A DNA stretch of 64,000 nucleotides, from contig CM000150.2 of assembly GCA_000004695.1 (NCBI GenBank), positions 3,744,001 to 3,808,000 on the forward strand, written 5' to 3'. This document shows positions 28,004 through 45,219 of this stretch, piece by piece. The stretch's first letter is position 1, and each line of letters opens with the position of its first letter. The notes under the pieces are model-generated. The model saw only the letters and a program-made list of their open reading frames with translations. It was not told the origin of the DNA and made no database searches. Both the position numbers and the translations under genes were made by a program. The stretch is from Dictyostelium discoideum. Its lineage: Eukaryota.

Positions 28004-28650
28004 ATGGTATGTGGAATCTATGATCCTATATATATAAAATATTACATATAAATAAATTTTTTTTATAATTTAGAATTTGGCTATTTAGATTAAGATAGTT
28101 AATGATGATAGATTAAAGATTAAAGATTAAAAAAGATTGGATTAAAGGGGGAGAGAGAGAAGAGAGGATAACAGAAACAGAGATATCACTAATCATAGAC
28201 CAACACCAATTATCAATCTATCATAAAACCAACATGAATCTAACAAAAAATAAATAATAATTAATACAAACAGGTCAACATCCCAAAAGCCCGTAAGACT
28301 CACTGTGTCAAGTGCAACAAACACACCCCACACAAGGTTACCCAATACAAAGCTGGTAAACCAAGTCTTTTCGCACAAGGTATGTATCTAGAGAGGAGAG
28401 AGAAAACCAAACAACAACAAAAACTAATATATAATATAATAATATAGGTAAAAGACGTTACGATCGTAAACAATCAGGTTTTGGTGGTCAAACCAAACCA
28501 GTTTTCCACAAGAAAGCCAAAACTACCAAAAAGATCGTACTCAGAATGGAATGTTCATGTGGTTACAAGAAACAACAAGTTTTAAAGAGATGTAAACGTT
28601 TCGAACTCGGTGGTGAGAAAAAATCAAAGAACGAAGCTATTAAGATGTAA
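28004..28650 (+). CDS. rpl36a: 60S ribosomal protein eL42 (L36a/L44e); exons 28004..28006 (ATG only), 28274..28379, 28448..28650
   Basis: ATG|GTATGT, then [94 protein letters not shown]. Near-identical to eukaryotic RPL36A. Higher GC and biased codons fit a highly expressed gene. Confidence 0.9.
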
Positions 28651-29420
28651 ATTTATTTTAATATTAATAGTCTAGAAATAAAGATAAACCTACAAAAAAA
28701 AACCATTTAAAATGTCCCTTTATCAGGAATATATTTTTCTTTTAAAAAAAATTTATTGAGGAACCTTTGGAGAAAAAAGATTTATTGGATTACTCTATTT
28801 AAATAATTTGTATTTTTTTAATTTTTATGTTTCATTCATTGTCTTATTTTTATTTTATTTTTTTATTTTTGCCAAATGGAGACTCTTAACGAATAAAAAA
28901 AAAAAATCCAATTAAAAATGGGCTTTCTTGGATTTAAAATTTTTTAAAAAATAGTTTTATTTATATGTTTATAAGGTTTGATATGATTTAAAACATTTGG
29001 ACAAGAATATTGGTTTTTAAAATAGAATTTCTTTTTATTTTCTTTTCCAAAAATAACTTTTTTACAATCCAATTTTTATTATTTGTCTAATAAAAGAAAA
29101 AAAAATTAATAATTAATCAATCAAATTTTAAAAAACAAAATGAAATTGGAAAAAATTATTATTATAAAAATAAATTTGGAAAGAAGAAAAAAAAAATAAT
29201 AGAAATAATTTTTAAAATTATTATAGAAATAATTTTTAAAATTATTTTTAATAATTATTTGAATTATTTAAAATTATTTTGTCTTTTAAATAATTTTGAA
29301 TTGTATAAAATGGGTTATTATTTTATTCAAATAAAGTGGTGAATTTAAAAAAAAAAATAAAAAAAAATAAAAAAATAAAAAAAACAATTAAAAAAAAAAA
29401 ATTGAAATAAACTTTAATTT

Positions 29421-29455
<35 letters not shown>

Positions 29456-29566
29456 TTTTTGTTTTTTTTTTTTATTTTTTTTTATTTTTTTTATTTTTTT
29501 TTTTTTCAAACACTAGGGGATAATTATTCTTTTTATTTTTTTTTTTTATTATCATTATAATCACTT

Positions 29567-29603
<37 letters not shown>

Positions 29604-29812
29604 ATATTAATAAAGAAAAAGGAGAATTAATGTTTACCAATTGATATAAAAAAAAGAAGAAAAAATAAGAAAAAAAAAAAAACATATATAGGGAAAAAAA
29701 AATACAAAAAAAAAAACAAAAATCATTTATCATTAGCAGATTCTTAACAATATAAAAGGAAATAAAAATAAAAATTAAAAAGAAGAAGAAAAAAAGAAGA
29801 AAAAAAAAAAAA

Positions 29813-31000
29813 ATGATTACATGCCCAGAGTGCAAAACTGAGTATGAAAAAGAAGCAAAATATTGCTTCAAATGTAGAATAGCCTTTACAGATGATTTAC
29901 CAGAGAATATTTCTAAATATCTTAGAAGAACTGTATGTTATACTTATATATATATAACTAAATTTAATATTAATCTCATTAAATTAATTTTTTTTTTTTT
30001 AATTTTTTTTTTTTTTTTTTTTTAGCCATCAACATCAAATATAACAAGTACACCAATAGTTAGAAATGATAAACCACCTTTAACTCGAAATCCATCAGCA
30101 ACAGGTTCAACAATAACACAACATCATTATAAACCACCATTACAAGGTGGAAACACATCATCTGTATCATCATCAACAAATGTATTTTCAATAAATAATA
30201 ATAATAATAGTAACAACATTAATAATAATAATATATCAAATAGCTCTAGTTTAAGTAGTGGAAGTTTAAATAATGGTAATATTAGTTTAATAAATAGTGT
30301 TGGTAGTATAGGTAGTAGTAATACAACAAGTAGTATAGGTAGTAGTAGTAGCGGTGGTGTTAATAGTAATATGATAAATAGTGGTGGTGGCACAAGACCT
30401 AGGTTACAATCATCACCCGTTCATCCAACAAATCCATTACCACCATTACCACCAAATAATAGTAGGATGTCTGTACCAGTTTCAACATCCCCAACCATTA
30501 GAACACCACCACCACCACCAACCACAGCAACTAGTACAGGTACTTCACCAATAAATTCTTTAAATAATAATAATAGTAACAATAATAATAATAATAATAT
30601 AATAAATAATGGTAATAATAAACCACCAATTAATTCAAACAATAGAACAATTTCACCAATAAATACACCAACCACATCAAATACTGTAACTTCACTTAGT
30701 AATAGTAATGATTTTTCAAATAATTCAAATATATCTTCACCCCAATTTACAAACGATATCAATAATACAGCACCATTTTCAAAGAGACCACTTTCTCGTA
30801 GAATTCCACCACCACCACCAACTAAAAAGTTGGCTCGTGCAAAATGGGATTGCGTACCAGAGCAAGAAGGTGACTTAGCATTTGTTGCTGGTGATATCAT
30901 TACAATCATTAGTAAAGATGATGATGGTTCAGGTTGGTGGTTAGGAAGTGTTAATAATGTTGCTGGTATGTTTCCGGGTAATTATTGTGAGGAAATTTAA
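29813..31000 (+). CDS. SH3-domain protein with an N-terminal C4 zinc-ribbon-like motif and a long S/N/P-rich region; exons 29813..29932, 30026..31000
   Basis: Exon 1 MITCPECKTEYEKEAKYCFKCRIAF...LRRT then GTATGT. Exon 2 is in frame through the low-complexity and PPPPP motifs to the C-terminal SH3 (AKWDCVPEQEGDLAFVAGDIITIISKDDDGSGWWLGSVNNVAGMFPGNYCEEI). Confidence 0.7.
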
Positions 31001-31692
31001 AAAAATTCCCTTTTTATATAAAACGAATAATCCAAAATTGATTAAATGGAAATTAAAAAATAAAAATAAAATAATATATAATAAAATAAAATAAATAAAA
31101 AAAAATTAAAAAAAAAAAAAAAAAAAAAGAAACCAATTGTATTATCACCGCTCAATATTTCCAGAAATAATAAAAGTATAAAAAAGAAGAAAAAAAAAAA
31201 AAAAAAAAATAAATAAATTTAATATATTAAAAAATAAAAATAAAAAAAAAAAAAAAAAAAAAAAAAAAATGAAAATATTAAAAATAGAAAACAAAAGTAA
31301 TCTAGTATTTTATTATGAGTTTTAATATAGTAGTTCAAGTGGATCGACAAGTTCAAATAAAAAATCTCTCAAAAAAAGGTCTCCAAAAATAAAATTAAAA
31401 AAATAAGAAAATTTTTTTTTTAAAAAGTGCTTTTACCCTTTTTTTATTTTTCACAATAGTTATTTATTAATTTGGAAAAAATTATTTTTAATTGGGTGAC
31501 CTATATTTGGAATTAAAAAAAAAAAAAAAAAAAACAACAAACTAGGATAAAATTTAAAAATAACAAAAAAAATTTAAAATAAACAAAAAAAAATATTGGG
31601 ATTTAAAAGAAAAAATATTTTTTTTTTTTTTTTTTTCATTTTTTAATTTTTTATTTTTTATAAAACTTAGGTATAAATTCAATTAAAGATAG

Positions 31693-33740
<2,048 letters not shown>

Positions 33741-33786
33741 TTTAATATAAAACAAACAAAAATTAAATACACTTAAATGGAAATAA

Positions 33787-33821
<35 letters not shown>

Positions 33822-34202
33822 ATTACCAAAATACAAATATTAGTTTTACTCACTCCATATTTAATTAATTTATTTAAACACAAAAATAAATAATTTGAAC
33901 CTAATAAATTTTTTTTTATTTTTTTTTTTTTATTTTTTTTTTTTTTTTAAAATTGAAAAAGTTTGATAAGATATAAAAAGAAATTGTTTTTATTTCAAAT
34001 TGTTTAGATTGGACAAATACAAGAATCCATATGGATTTTTGAAATTTTATTTTTTATTTTTTTTTTATTTTTATTTTTCAAGTTTTTTTTTTTTATTTTA
34101 ATTTTAAGTATATTTTTAAATTCAATTCATACATTCACATACACAAAAATTTGTTTACTACTTTGAACTTTCACACAGTGTGAAATATTCAAAGAAAAAA
34201 CA

Positions 34203-36924
<2,722 letters not shown>

Positions 36925-36994
36925 AATAAAATTAAATAATAATAAAAAAAAAAAAAAAAAAAAAAAAAAATTACACACATATAATTTTATATTA

Positions 36995-37055
<61 letters not shown>

Positions 37056-37181
37056 AATATTTTATTATTATTATTATTATTATTATTAAATTTATTTAAA
37101 TAAATTAAAATTAAAACTAAAAATTAATTTAAATAAAAAATAAAAATAGTTTTTTTTTTTTAATTTTCAGTTTTGTCTTGT

Positions 37182-37219
<38 letters not shown>

Positions 37220-37296
37220 CAATTTTAGTTTTATTTCATTTAGAAACAAATAAAATTTATTGTGTTTATTTTATTTATTTATTTTTATTTAAAGAA

Positions 37297-39053
37297 ATGG
37301 AAAAGAGTATAGAATCAATTTCTTCCTCTACTTTAAATATTTTAGATAATAAAAATTATAAAAAATGGGATAATGAAACAGTATGCAAATGGCTTTTAAA
37401 TAATATAAAAACAATACAAAAAGTTTCAATTGAAATCTTTCAAGCAAATGAAATCATTGGAAAAGATTTAGAATTTTTAACAGATAAAATATTATTAAAA
37501 ATGGGTGTTGGAATTCGTGATATCTTAAATTTTAAATTTGAATATCAAATTTTAAAAAATTGTTATAATAATAATAATAATAATAACCATATTACTATTA
37601 ATAATTTTAATTATAATTTTAATAATTTCAAAATAAATATAAATAAAGATTTATTAAAAGTTGTTGTAAATGCTCCAATTATTAATATTAATGAATATCA
37701 ATATATTGAAACCATTTCAAAAAATAAATTTTGTGAAATTGAAAAATATAAAAAAAGTCAAACTAAAGTGAATGAATATATAATTATTAAAAAAATTATT
37801 AAAAATTCAACATTGAATGAAGAAAAAGTAAGTCTTTTTAATTTTATTTTTATTTTAATTTATTTTTATATAAATTATTTTTAAAAATAATATTAATTTT
37901 CAAAAAATTATTAATTAATTAGTTAATTAATGAAATTGATACAATTTATTTACTTGATCATCCAAATTTAATTAAAATAATTGGATATTGTAAAGATAAA
38001 AATTATTTTTATATTGGAATGAAATATTATGAAACATTTAAATTTAAACAATCAAATATATCAAAATTTGGTAAAAATTTTGAACAAGTTATTAGAAAGA
38101 TTTCATTTAAAATTTTAAGTGCAATCGATTATTTACATTCATTAGAACCACCAATTATTCATGGAAATATTAATGCAAAGAATATATTATTAGATAATGA
38201 AAATAATGAACCAATTTTAATAGATTTTGGGCTATCATATAAATCAATTGATTTGTTAACAAATCAAAAAACTCAATTCATAAGTCCATGTTTTATTACA
38301 CCAGAATATTTTTATAAAAAAACAAAAAATAAAATTAGTAAAGAAGCTGATATTTTTAGTTTTGGTTCAACAATTTCAAATATGATAAAAGGTGGAACCG
38401 ATTTCAAAGAGGATGAAGAAGGATTTGAAGAATTGAAAAGAACGTTTGCAGGTGTTCTCACTAGTCGTGATAAAGTATCCTTTGATTATAGATCATTATT
38501 CACTGAAATCAATAAAGATGAACCATGTTTTAGACCAAGTTCAAAAGAACTTTTAAAATCATTTTGGTTTGTTGAACCACCTCAACCATCTTTTAAAACT
38601 TCGGAAATTACAACAAATCTTTTAATTTATTATTTAAAAAAATATGGTTGTTATATAATTCGAGATGGTGTAGCTATGGTTTCCCTTAATTTCAATGAAA
38701 ACATTTATTCTACCTCAAGTATTATAGGTTCTGAATTTTCACATCAACCAAAAATAAATGAAAAACATAAATATTTTAAAGAAATTAATCAATTTTATTC
38801 AAAAATCTTATCAGAATCATTTCAAGCAAAAATTGGATGGTATTTATTAAATTTAAACAATGAATTTAAAGATAAACCATATTTTAAAAATATATTTTTA
38901 TCTTTTTCAACTTCTGATAAACTTGAAATCAATTCTGTCGCTGATCTTAATTTAAAATTAACAATTTTTTTTTATAACTCTATTACTATGAGTTTAATTT
39001 ATCAAACAATTTATCAAAAACCTAAAAGTTTTAAAATTGTTGATTATTTATAA
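37297..39053 (+). CDS. SAM-domain kinase paralogue C; a predicted pseudokinase (HRD is HGN, the Gly-loop and VAIK Lys are degenerate); exons 37297..37827, 37923..39053
   Basis: SAM (KWLLNNIKTIQK...IGKDLEFLTDKILLKMGVGIRDILNF). Catalytic loop IIHGNINAKNILL, DFGLSY retained. C-terminal domain conserved (...TMSLIYQTIYQKPKSFKIVDYL). GTAAGT donor and ttaattag acceptor; phase verified. Confidence 0.7.
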
Positions 39054-39410
39054 AAAAAAAAAAAATAAAAAAAAATAAAAAATAAAAATAAAAAGATGTA
39101 AATAAAAAATATAATAATAATAATAATTTTAACTTTTTTTAAAAAAATTTTTTTTTAATATAATTTATTTATTAAATCTTTTATTTTATTTTATTTTATT
39201 TTATTTTTTTCAAACCAAAAGTTTATTTTTAGAATTTAATTATTAATTCATTCTTTTTTTTTATTCCTTCTTTATTTTGAATATTCATTTAATAAAATAT
39301 TGAATATTAAATTAAATCTTTTATTTTTTTTTATTTATTTTTTTTTTTTCCCTTCTTTAATTAAAAAAAAAAAAAAAAAACTATTATAATCTATAAATAT
39401 ATTTATTATA

Positions 39411-39446
<36 letters not shown>

Positions 39447-40224
39447 AGGGAAATGTTTAGAAAAAAAAAAAAATAAAAAATAATATAATCTAAAAATATT
39501 TTTAAAAACTGGAAAAAATGGTGGTTGATTTACTAAGTTCGGAATCAGTTTATTTTTAAAAAAAAAAAAATTTAAAAAAAATCAAAAAAATGAAAAAAAA
39601 AAAACGAAAGTTTTTTTTTTTTTATTTTTTTTTAATTTTTTTTTTTAATTTTTTTTTTTTTTTTTATTTTTCATTTTTTTTGAAATTTTTTTTTTTATTT
39701 TTTTTTTTCAAACGAGTCACGCGGATATAGATAGATAATTTTATTATTTTCTTTCTATTGTCTTTCTTTATAATCAAAAAGTTTTTTTCTTTTTAATTCA
39801 ATTTCTCGGAAAATATATATATAAATAATGGAAGGTACGATAATTAATAATTATTATTATAAATTTTTAAAATATAAAATAAAAATAAAATCAATCACCA
39901 CTCGCTTTTTTTTATTTTTTTTATTATTACCTATTATTTTATTTTCCAATTTTTTCTATTCACATAAAGAATAATTGAACAAGTATTATAATAGTAATAA
40001 TAATAATAAATAACTTTATCATTTAAACAACACTCATTATTTTGTTAACAATTAAAAAAAATAATCGTTTTTTTTTTTTTTTTTTTTTTCTCAATTTTTT
40101 TTACCACTTTTTTTTTTTTCAACCGAAATATTATTATTATTATTTATTATTTTTTTAAATTTAATATTAATATGTTTTATTTTAAAAAATTATTATAGGA
40201 AGAGGTGGTTCTAGAGGTGGTGCT

Positions 40225-41196
40225 ATGGCTCGTGGTGGTGGTCGTGGTGGTTTTGGCGGTGGTAGAGGTGGTTTTGGCGGTGGTGATCGTGGTGGCCGTG
40301 GTGGTGGTAGAGGTGGTTTTGGCGGTGGTGATCGTGGTGGTAGAGGAGGTTTTGGCGGTGGTCGTGGTGGTAGAGGTGGTTTTGGCGGTGGTGATCGTGG
40401 TGGTAGAGGTGGTGCCCGTGGTGGTAGAGGTGGTGCTCGTGGTGGTAAACCAGCTGCAGGTGGTAAACCAGGTGCTAAAGTTATTGTTGAAAAACATCCA
40501 AGACACGAAGGTGTATTCATTGTTAGAGGTAAAGAAGAATCATTAGCCACATTAAACTCTGTACCAGGTGAATCAGTTTACGGAGAAAAGAGAGTTTCAG
40601 TTGGTGAAGGCGAAGATAAAAAAGAATACAGAATTTGGAATCCATTCAGATCAAAGATTGCCGCCGGTTTACATCGTGGTGTTGATGAAATTCATATTAA
40701 ACCAGGTAGTAAAGTACTCTACATTGGTGCTGCTTCAGGTACTACCATTTCACATGTTTCAGATATAGTTGGTCCAACCGGTGTTGTCTATGGTATTGAA
40801 TTATCCCATCGTCCAGGTAGAGATTTAATTGGTATGGCCAAAAAGAGAACCAATGTTATCCCAATCATTGAAGATGCTCGTCACCCACAAAAATATAGAA
40901 TGCTCATCGGTATGGTCGATGTTGTATTTGCTGATGTTGCTCAACCAAATCAAGCTCAAATTGTTGCTCAAAACTCTGCTTACTTTTTAAAGAACGAAGG
41001 TCACTTTATCATTTCAATTAAAGCAAGCTGTATCGATTCAACTGCTCCAACTGAAGTTGTTGTACAAAATGAAATCACAAAATTAAAGAAAGAAAAATTA
41101 AGACCACAACATCTTTTAAAAACTTTAGATCCATATGAACGTAATCACTCTTTAGTAATTGGTGTCTATAGAAAATTTGGTTCATCTGAAAAATAA
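40225..41196 (+). CDS. fbl: fibrillarin (rRNA 2'-O-methyltransferase). A likely 5' mini-exon ATGGAAG lies at 39828..39834 and is spliced to 40199, which would give [17 protein letters not shown]...
   Basis: GAR domain (GGRGGFGGG repeats) followed by a highly conserved methyltransferase core ([24 protein letters not shown]...[21 protein letters not shown]...[28 protein letters not shown]). The ORF is open upstream to ttattatag (acceptor-like), and ATGGAAG|GTACGA is in phase with it. Overlapping ORFs 40177-40550 are GAR-repeat artefacts. Confidence 0.9.
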   Translation: MARGGGRGGFGGGRGGFGGGDRGGRGGGRGGFGGGDRGGRGGFGGGRGGRGGFGGGDRGGRGGARGGRGGARGGKPAAGGKPGAKVIVEKHPRHEGVFIVRGKEESLATLNSVPGESVYGEKRVSVGEGEDKKEYRIWNPFRSKIAAGLHRGVDEIHIKPGSKVLYIGAASGTTISHVSDIVGPTGVVYGIELSHRPGRDLIGMAKKRTNVIPIIEDARHPQKYRMLIGMVDVVFADVAQPNQAQIVAQNSAYFLKNEGHFIISIKASCIDSTAPTEVVVQNEITKLKKEKLRPQHLLKTLDPYERNHSLVIGVYRKFGSSEK

Positions 41197-41576
41197 ATTG
41201 TTTTAAAAAAAAAAAAAAAAAAAAAAACTTGATAATAAAAAAAAAAAAAAAAGATAATAAAAAAAAAAATAAAAAAAAAAAATTTTTAAAAAAAAAATAA
41301 AAAAAAAGATATAATGAGATTTTTTTTTTTTAAAAAGGTGTGGTTTCTAATATTTTTTTTTCCTTTAAAATTGGTGTTTAAGTATGTTCTTTTTTTTTTT
41401 TAATGTATCCATTTTAATTTTAGTTTTTTTGATATTTTATAAAACTATTTTTTTTTTTTCAATAACTTTTCCAAAAACAAAAAAAAAAATAAAAAATGAA
41501 AATAAAATAAAAATAAAATTATCGCTCAAAACATTAAAAATAATAAATCAATATATAATAATTACAATATATAATA

Positions 41577-42992
41577 ATGTTTTTAAATAAATTAATTAAA
41601 AATAAATATAAACAAAATTTCTTTAGTTTTAAAAACTATTGTACAATTAATAATAATAAACCATTAAATGGATTTAAAATTTTAGATTTATCAAGAGTAT
41701 TAGCAGGACCATACGCAACACAAATATTTGGAGATTTAGGAGCACAAGTTATAAAGGTTGAAAATGTTGGTAAAGGTGATGATACAAGACAATATGGACC
41801 ACCATTTTATGTTGATGAACAAGGTAGAAAAGGTAGTGCCTATTTTAGTTGTGCAAATAGAAATAAGAAATCGATTGCATTGGATATTTCAACAAAGGAA
41901 GGTCAAGATATAGTTTATTCATTAGCAAAGGAATCAGATGTTTTCATTGAGAATTTTAAAGTTGGTGGATTAAAAAAGTATTCATTAGATTATGAAACCA
42001 TTAAACAAATTAATCCATCGATTATCTATTGTTCAATCACTGGATTTGGACAAGATGGTGAGTATAGTAAATTACCAGGTTATGATTTTAGTGTTCAAGC
42101 AATGGGTGGTTTAATTTCAATTACAGGTGATAAAGAGAATCCATATAAATGTGGTGTGGCAATTGTTGATATGATGACAGGACTCTATGCAAATATTGCC
42201 ATTCAAGCTGCACTTCATCATAGAGAGAAATCCAAAGATAAAAAAGGTCAATATATAGATGTTAGTCTATTGGATGTTCAAGCTTCTTTCTTGGCAAATC
42301 ATGGTTCAAGTTATTTAGTAACTGGTGAAACCTCTGAACGTGTTGGTAATTCTCATCCAAGTATTTCACCTTATGATTCTTTAAAAACTAAAGATGGTTT
42401 CATGGTAGTTGCAATTGGTAATAATACTCAATTTCAATCAATGTGTAATGTTTTAGGTTTACCTCATTTATCAACTAATCCTTTATTCTCTACAAATCCA
42501 TCAAGAGTTTTAAATCGTAAACAATTACTTTCAATTCTAACAAATGAAACTTTAAAATTTAATACTGATGATATTGTTAAATTATTAGGTGATTCAAATG
42601 TACCTTGTTCACCAATTAATTCAATTGATAAAGTTGTAAATCATAAACAAATTAAACATAGAAATATGATTTGGAATTTACCTTTAAATGAAAATAATAA
42701 TAATAATTTAAATAATAATAATTTAAATAATAATAATAGTAATAATAATTTAAATAATAATAATAATAATAATAAAAATATTCAAAATGATAAAGGTGAA
42801 TATATAATGAATTCAATTAATTTAATTGGTAATCCAATTCATTTTAGTGAAACAAATATTCATACACCTTCAAGTATAAAAAGTAATATTCCACCACCTT
42901 TTTTAGGTCAACATACTGATGAAATTTTAAAAAATATTGGTTTAAATGAAAATCAAATTTTAAATTTAAAAAATAATAATATTGTTCAATAA
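41577..42992 (+). CDS. family III CoA-transferase (CaiB/BaiF; SUGCT/AMACR-like) with an N-terminal presequence and a poly-Asn insert
   Basis: [30 protein letters not shown]...[17 protein letters not shown]...[37 protein letters not shown]...[15 protein letters not shown]. Single exon. Confidence 0.75.
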
Positions 42993-43681
42993 TTTATAAA
43001 ATATTTAATAATATTTATTTATTTTTTAATTTTTTTAATATTCATGTAAATAATAAATATTTGGGTAGTGTAATAAAAAATTTAATTAAACATAGAATAA
43101 TATAATTTATTTATTTATTATTGTTTTTTTTTTTTTTGTTTAAAAAAAAAAATAAAAAAAAAATAAAAAAAAAAAAATAATAATAATAATAAAGATATGA
43201 TGAGTGATTGCTAAATGATTAAATTTTATTTACAAGGTATTCATATAAAAGAAAAAAAAAAAATAAAAAAATAAAAAATAAAAGAAATAAAAAAAGAAAA
43301 AAAAATCATCTTGTTTCTCCTCAATTGTTAATATAGAGAGGTAAAAACAGTTGTATAGCGATTACAAAATTAAGTGACGACAACAATTTTTTTACAAATA
43401 ATAATTATAATTAAAATGCTATTGATAAAGATAAAATTTTTTTTTTTTAACACACAAAAAATAGCAACAACACACAAATAATTTTTTAATTGTATTTTTA
43501 TTTTTTTTTTGCAATATTAAAAAAAAAAAAAATAATAATAAAAAAAAAAAAAAATAGATTTAAAAATTTAATATAAATTAATTTTTTTTTTCATTTTCAA
43601 TATCATTATTTACATTAAAAAATAAATTAATAAAGTTTTATTAAAAAAAAAAAAAAAAAAAAAGTAAAATTAAAATTTAAA

Positions 43682-44230
43682 ATGGAATTATTAGTTGGTG
43701 GTACAATTTTAGGTGCATTAACATATGCATATAGTTCATTAAAAAGAACTATTCCAGAAGGTGCTCATGCATGTTCACCATTTTATCCAGAGAAATATGT
43801 TGGAAAATGGTATGAAATCGCTCGTTTAGATTTTTATTATGAAAGAGATATGAATAATGTTAGTGCAGAGTATACATTAAATAAAGATGGTACAATTAGT
43901 GTTATTAATAGTGGTTATAATTATGTTGAAAAGAAGAGAGAATCAGTAAATGGAAAGGCTTTATTTGTACATGGTTCAGATGAAGCAATGTTAAAAGTTT
44001 CCTTTTTTGGTCCATTTTATGCTGGTTACAATGTTATTGCAATTGATCCTGATTATAAATATGCATTGGTTGCCGGTAGAAGTTTAGATTATTTATGGAT
44101 ACTCTCAAGAGAAACTTCAATTCCAGATCATATTAAAAAACAATATTTAGAATTAGCTGAATCAATTGGTTATAATACTTCAAAATTAATTTGGACTGAA
44201 CATGATAATATTAATAATAAAAAGGATTAA
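43682..44230 (+). CDS. bacterial-type lipocalin (Blc / apolipoprotein D-like)
   Basis: Signal/anchor-like N-terminus, then the Blc signature PEKYVGKWYEIARLDFYYER...VSAEYTLNKDGTISVINSG...GKALFV...LKVSFFGPFYAGYNVIAIDPDYKYALVAGRSLDYLWILSRE. Single exon. Confidence 0.8.
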   Translation: MELLVGGTILGALTYAYSSLKRTIPEGAHACSPFYPEKYVGKWYEIARLDFYYERDMNNVSAEYTLNKDGTISVINSGYNYVEKKRESVNGKALFVHGSDEAMLKVSFFGPFYAGYNVIAIDPDYKYALVAGRSLDYLWILSRETSIPDHIKKQYLELAESIGYNTSKLIWTEHDNINNKKD

Positions 44231-44610
44231 TCATTAATTTTTAATAATAATAATAATAAATAATATTAATAATTATAATAAATATTTTCAGCGCTACCAT
44301 TATTATTATTTTTTTTTTTTTTTAAAATATATTTATTAATTTATTTATTTTTTTTAATTCATTATTATTATTAATATTACTAATATTATTTAAAAAAAAA
44401 AAAAAAAAAAAAATTAAAATAAATGATTATATAAGTAAATCAAAAAAAAAAAAAAATTTGGATATTAAAATTCTGAAATGAATTGAATCATTGATCTGGT
44501 AAATTTGTCATTTTTATTTCATTTTTTTTTTTTTTATTTTTTTCGAGTCTGAATAAAAAAGATACCAGAGTTAATCCTTCACTGATATTATTTTTTGTTT
44601 TTTGTTTTTT

Positions 44611-44646
<36 letters not shown>

Positions 44647-45004
44647 TTTTATTACCTTTTTTTTTTTTTCTATTTTTTTTTTTTTTTGTTTTATTACCTT
44701 TTTTTTTTTTTCTATTTTTTTTTTTTTTTCTATTTTTATTAATCAATTCCTATTTTTATTTATTTTTTAACACGCAGTTTCTTTCGGTTGGATTTTTTTT
44801 TTTTTTTAAAAAAAAATAAAAATAAAAAAAAAACCAAAATAAAAAAAAAAGAAATCAAAAAAAATATTCACCACATTTTCACCACCACGCCCATAACACT
44901 TATAATAGTTTTGTAGTAATACATTGAATAACTTTTATTCTTTTTTTTAATTTTTTTTTTTTTTAATTTTTTAATTTTTTTATTTATTTATTTTTAATAT
45001 AAAA

Positions 45005-45143
45005 ATGGTAAACACAAGAGATTTTCTTCCTAAAACCACACATTACTTAAAAGTTCCGATTATTGGTTTAAATGCAATTCTCTGGGTAAGTTTATATTAA
45101 TTTATATTAAAATAAAATAAAAATAAATACTAATACTTTTTCA

Positions 45144-45219
<76 letters not shown>

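Noticed and set aside
30127-30909. Minus-strand ORFs 30127..30393 and 30421..30909
   Set aside because: They are antisense to the well-supported SH3-protein exon 2 (low-complexity Leu/Ile runs from its poly-Asn/Ser codons).
40177-40550. Three overlapping ORFs (two minus, one plus) inside the fibrillarin 5' region
   Set aside because: They are alternative-frame and antisense readings of the GGT/CGT-rich GAR repeat. The fibrillarin frame explains the region.
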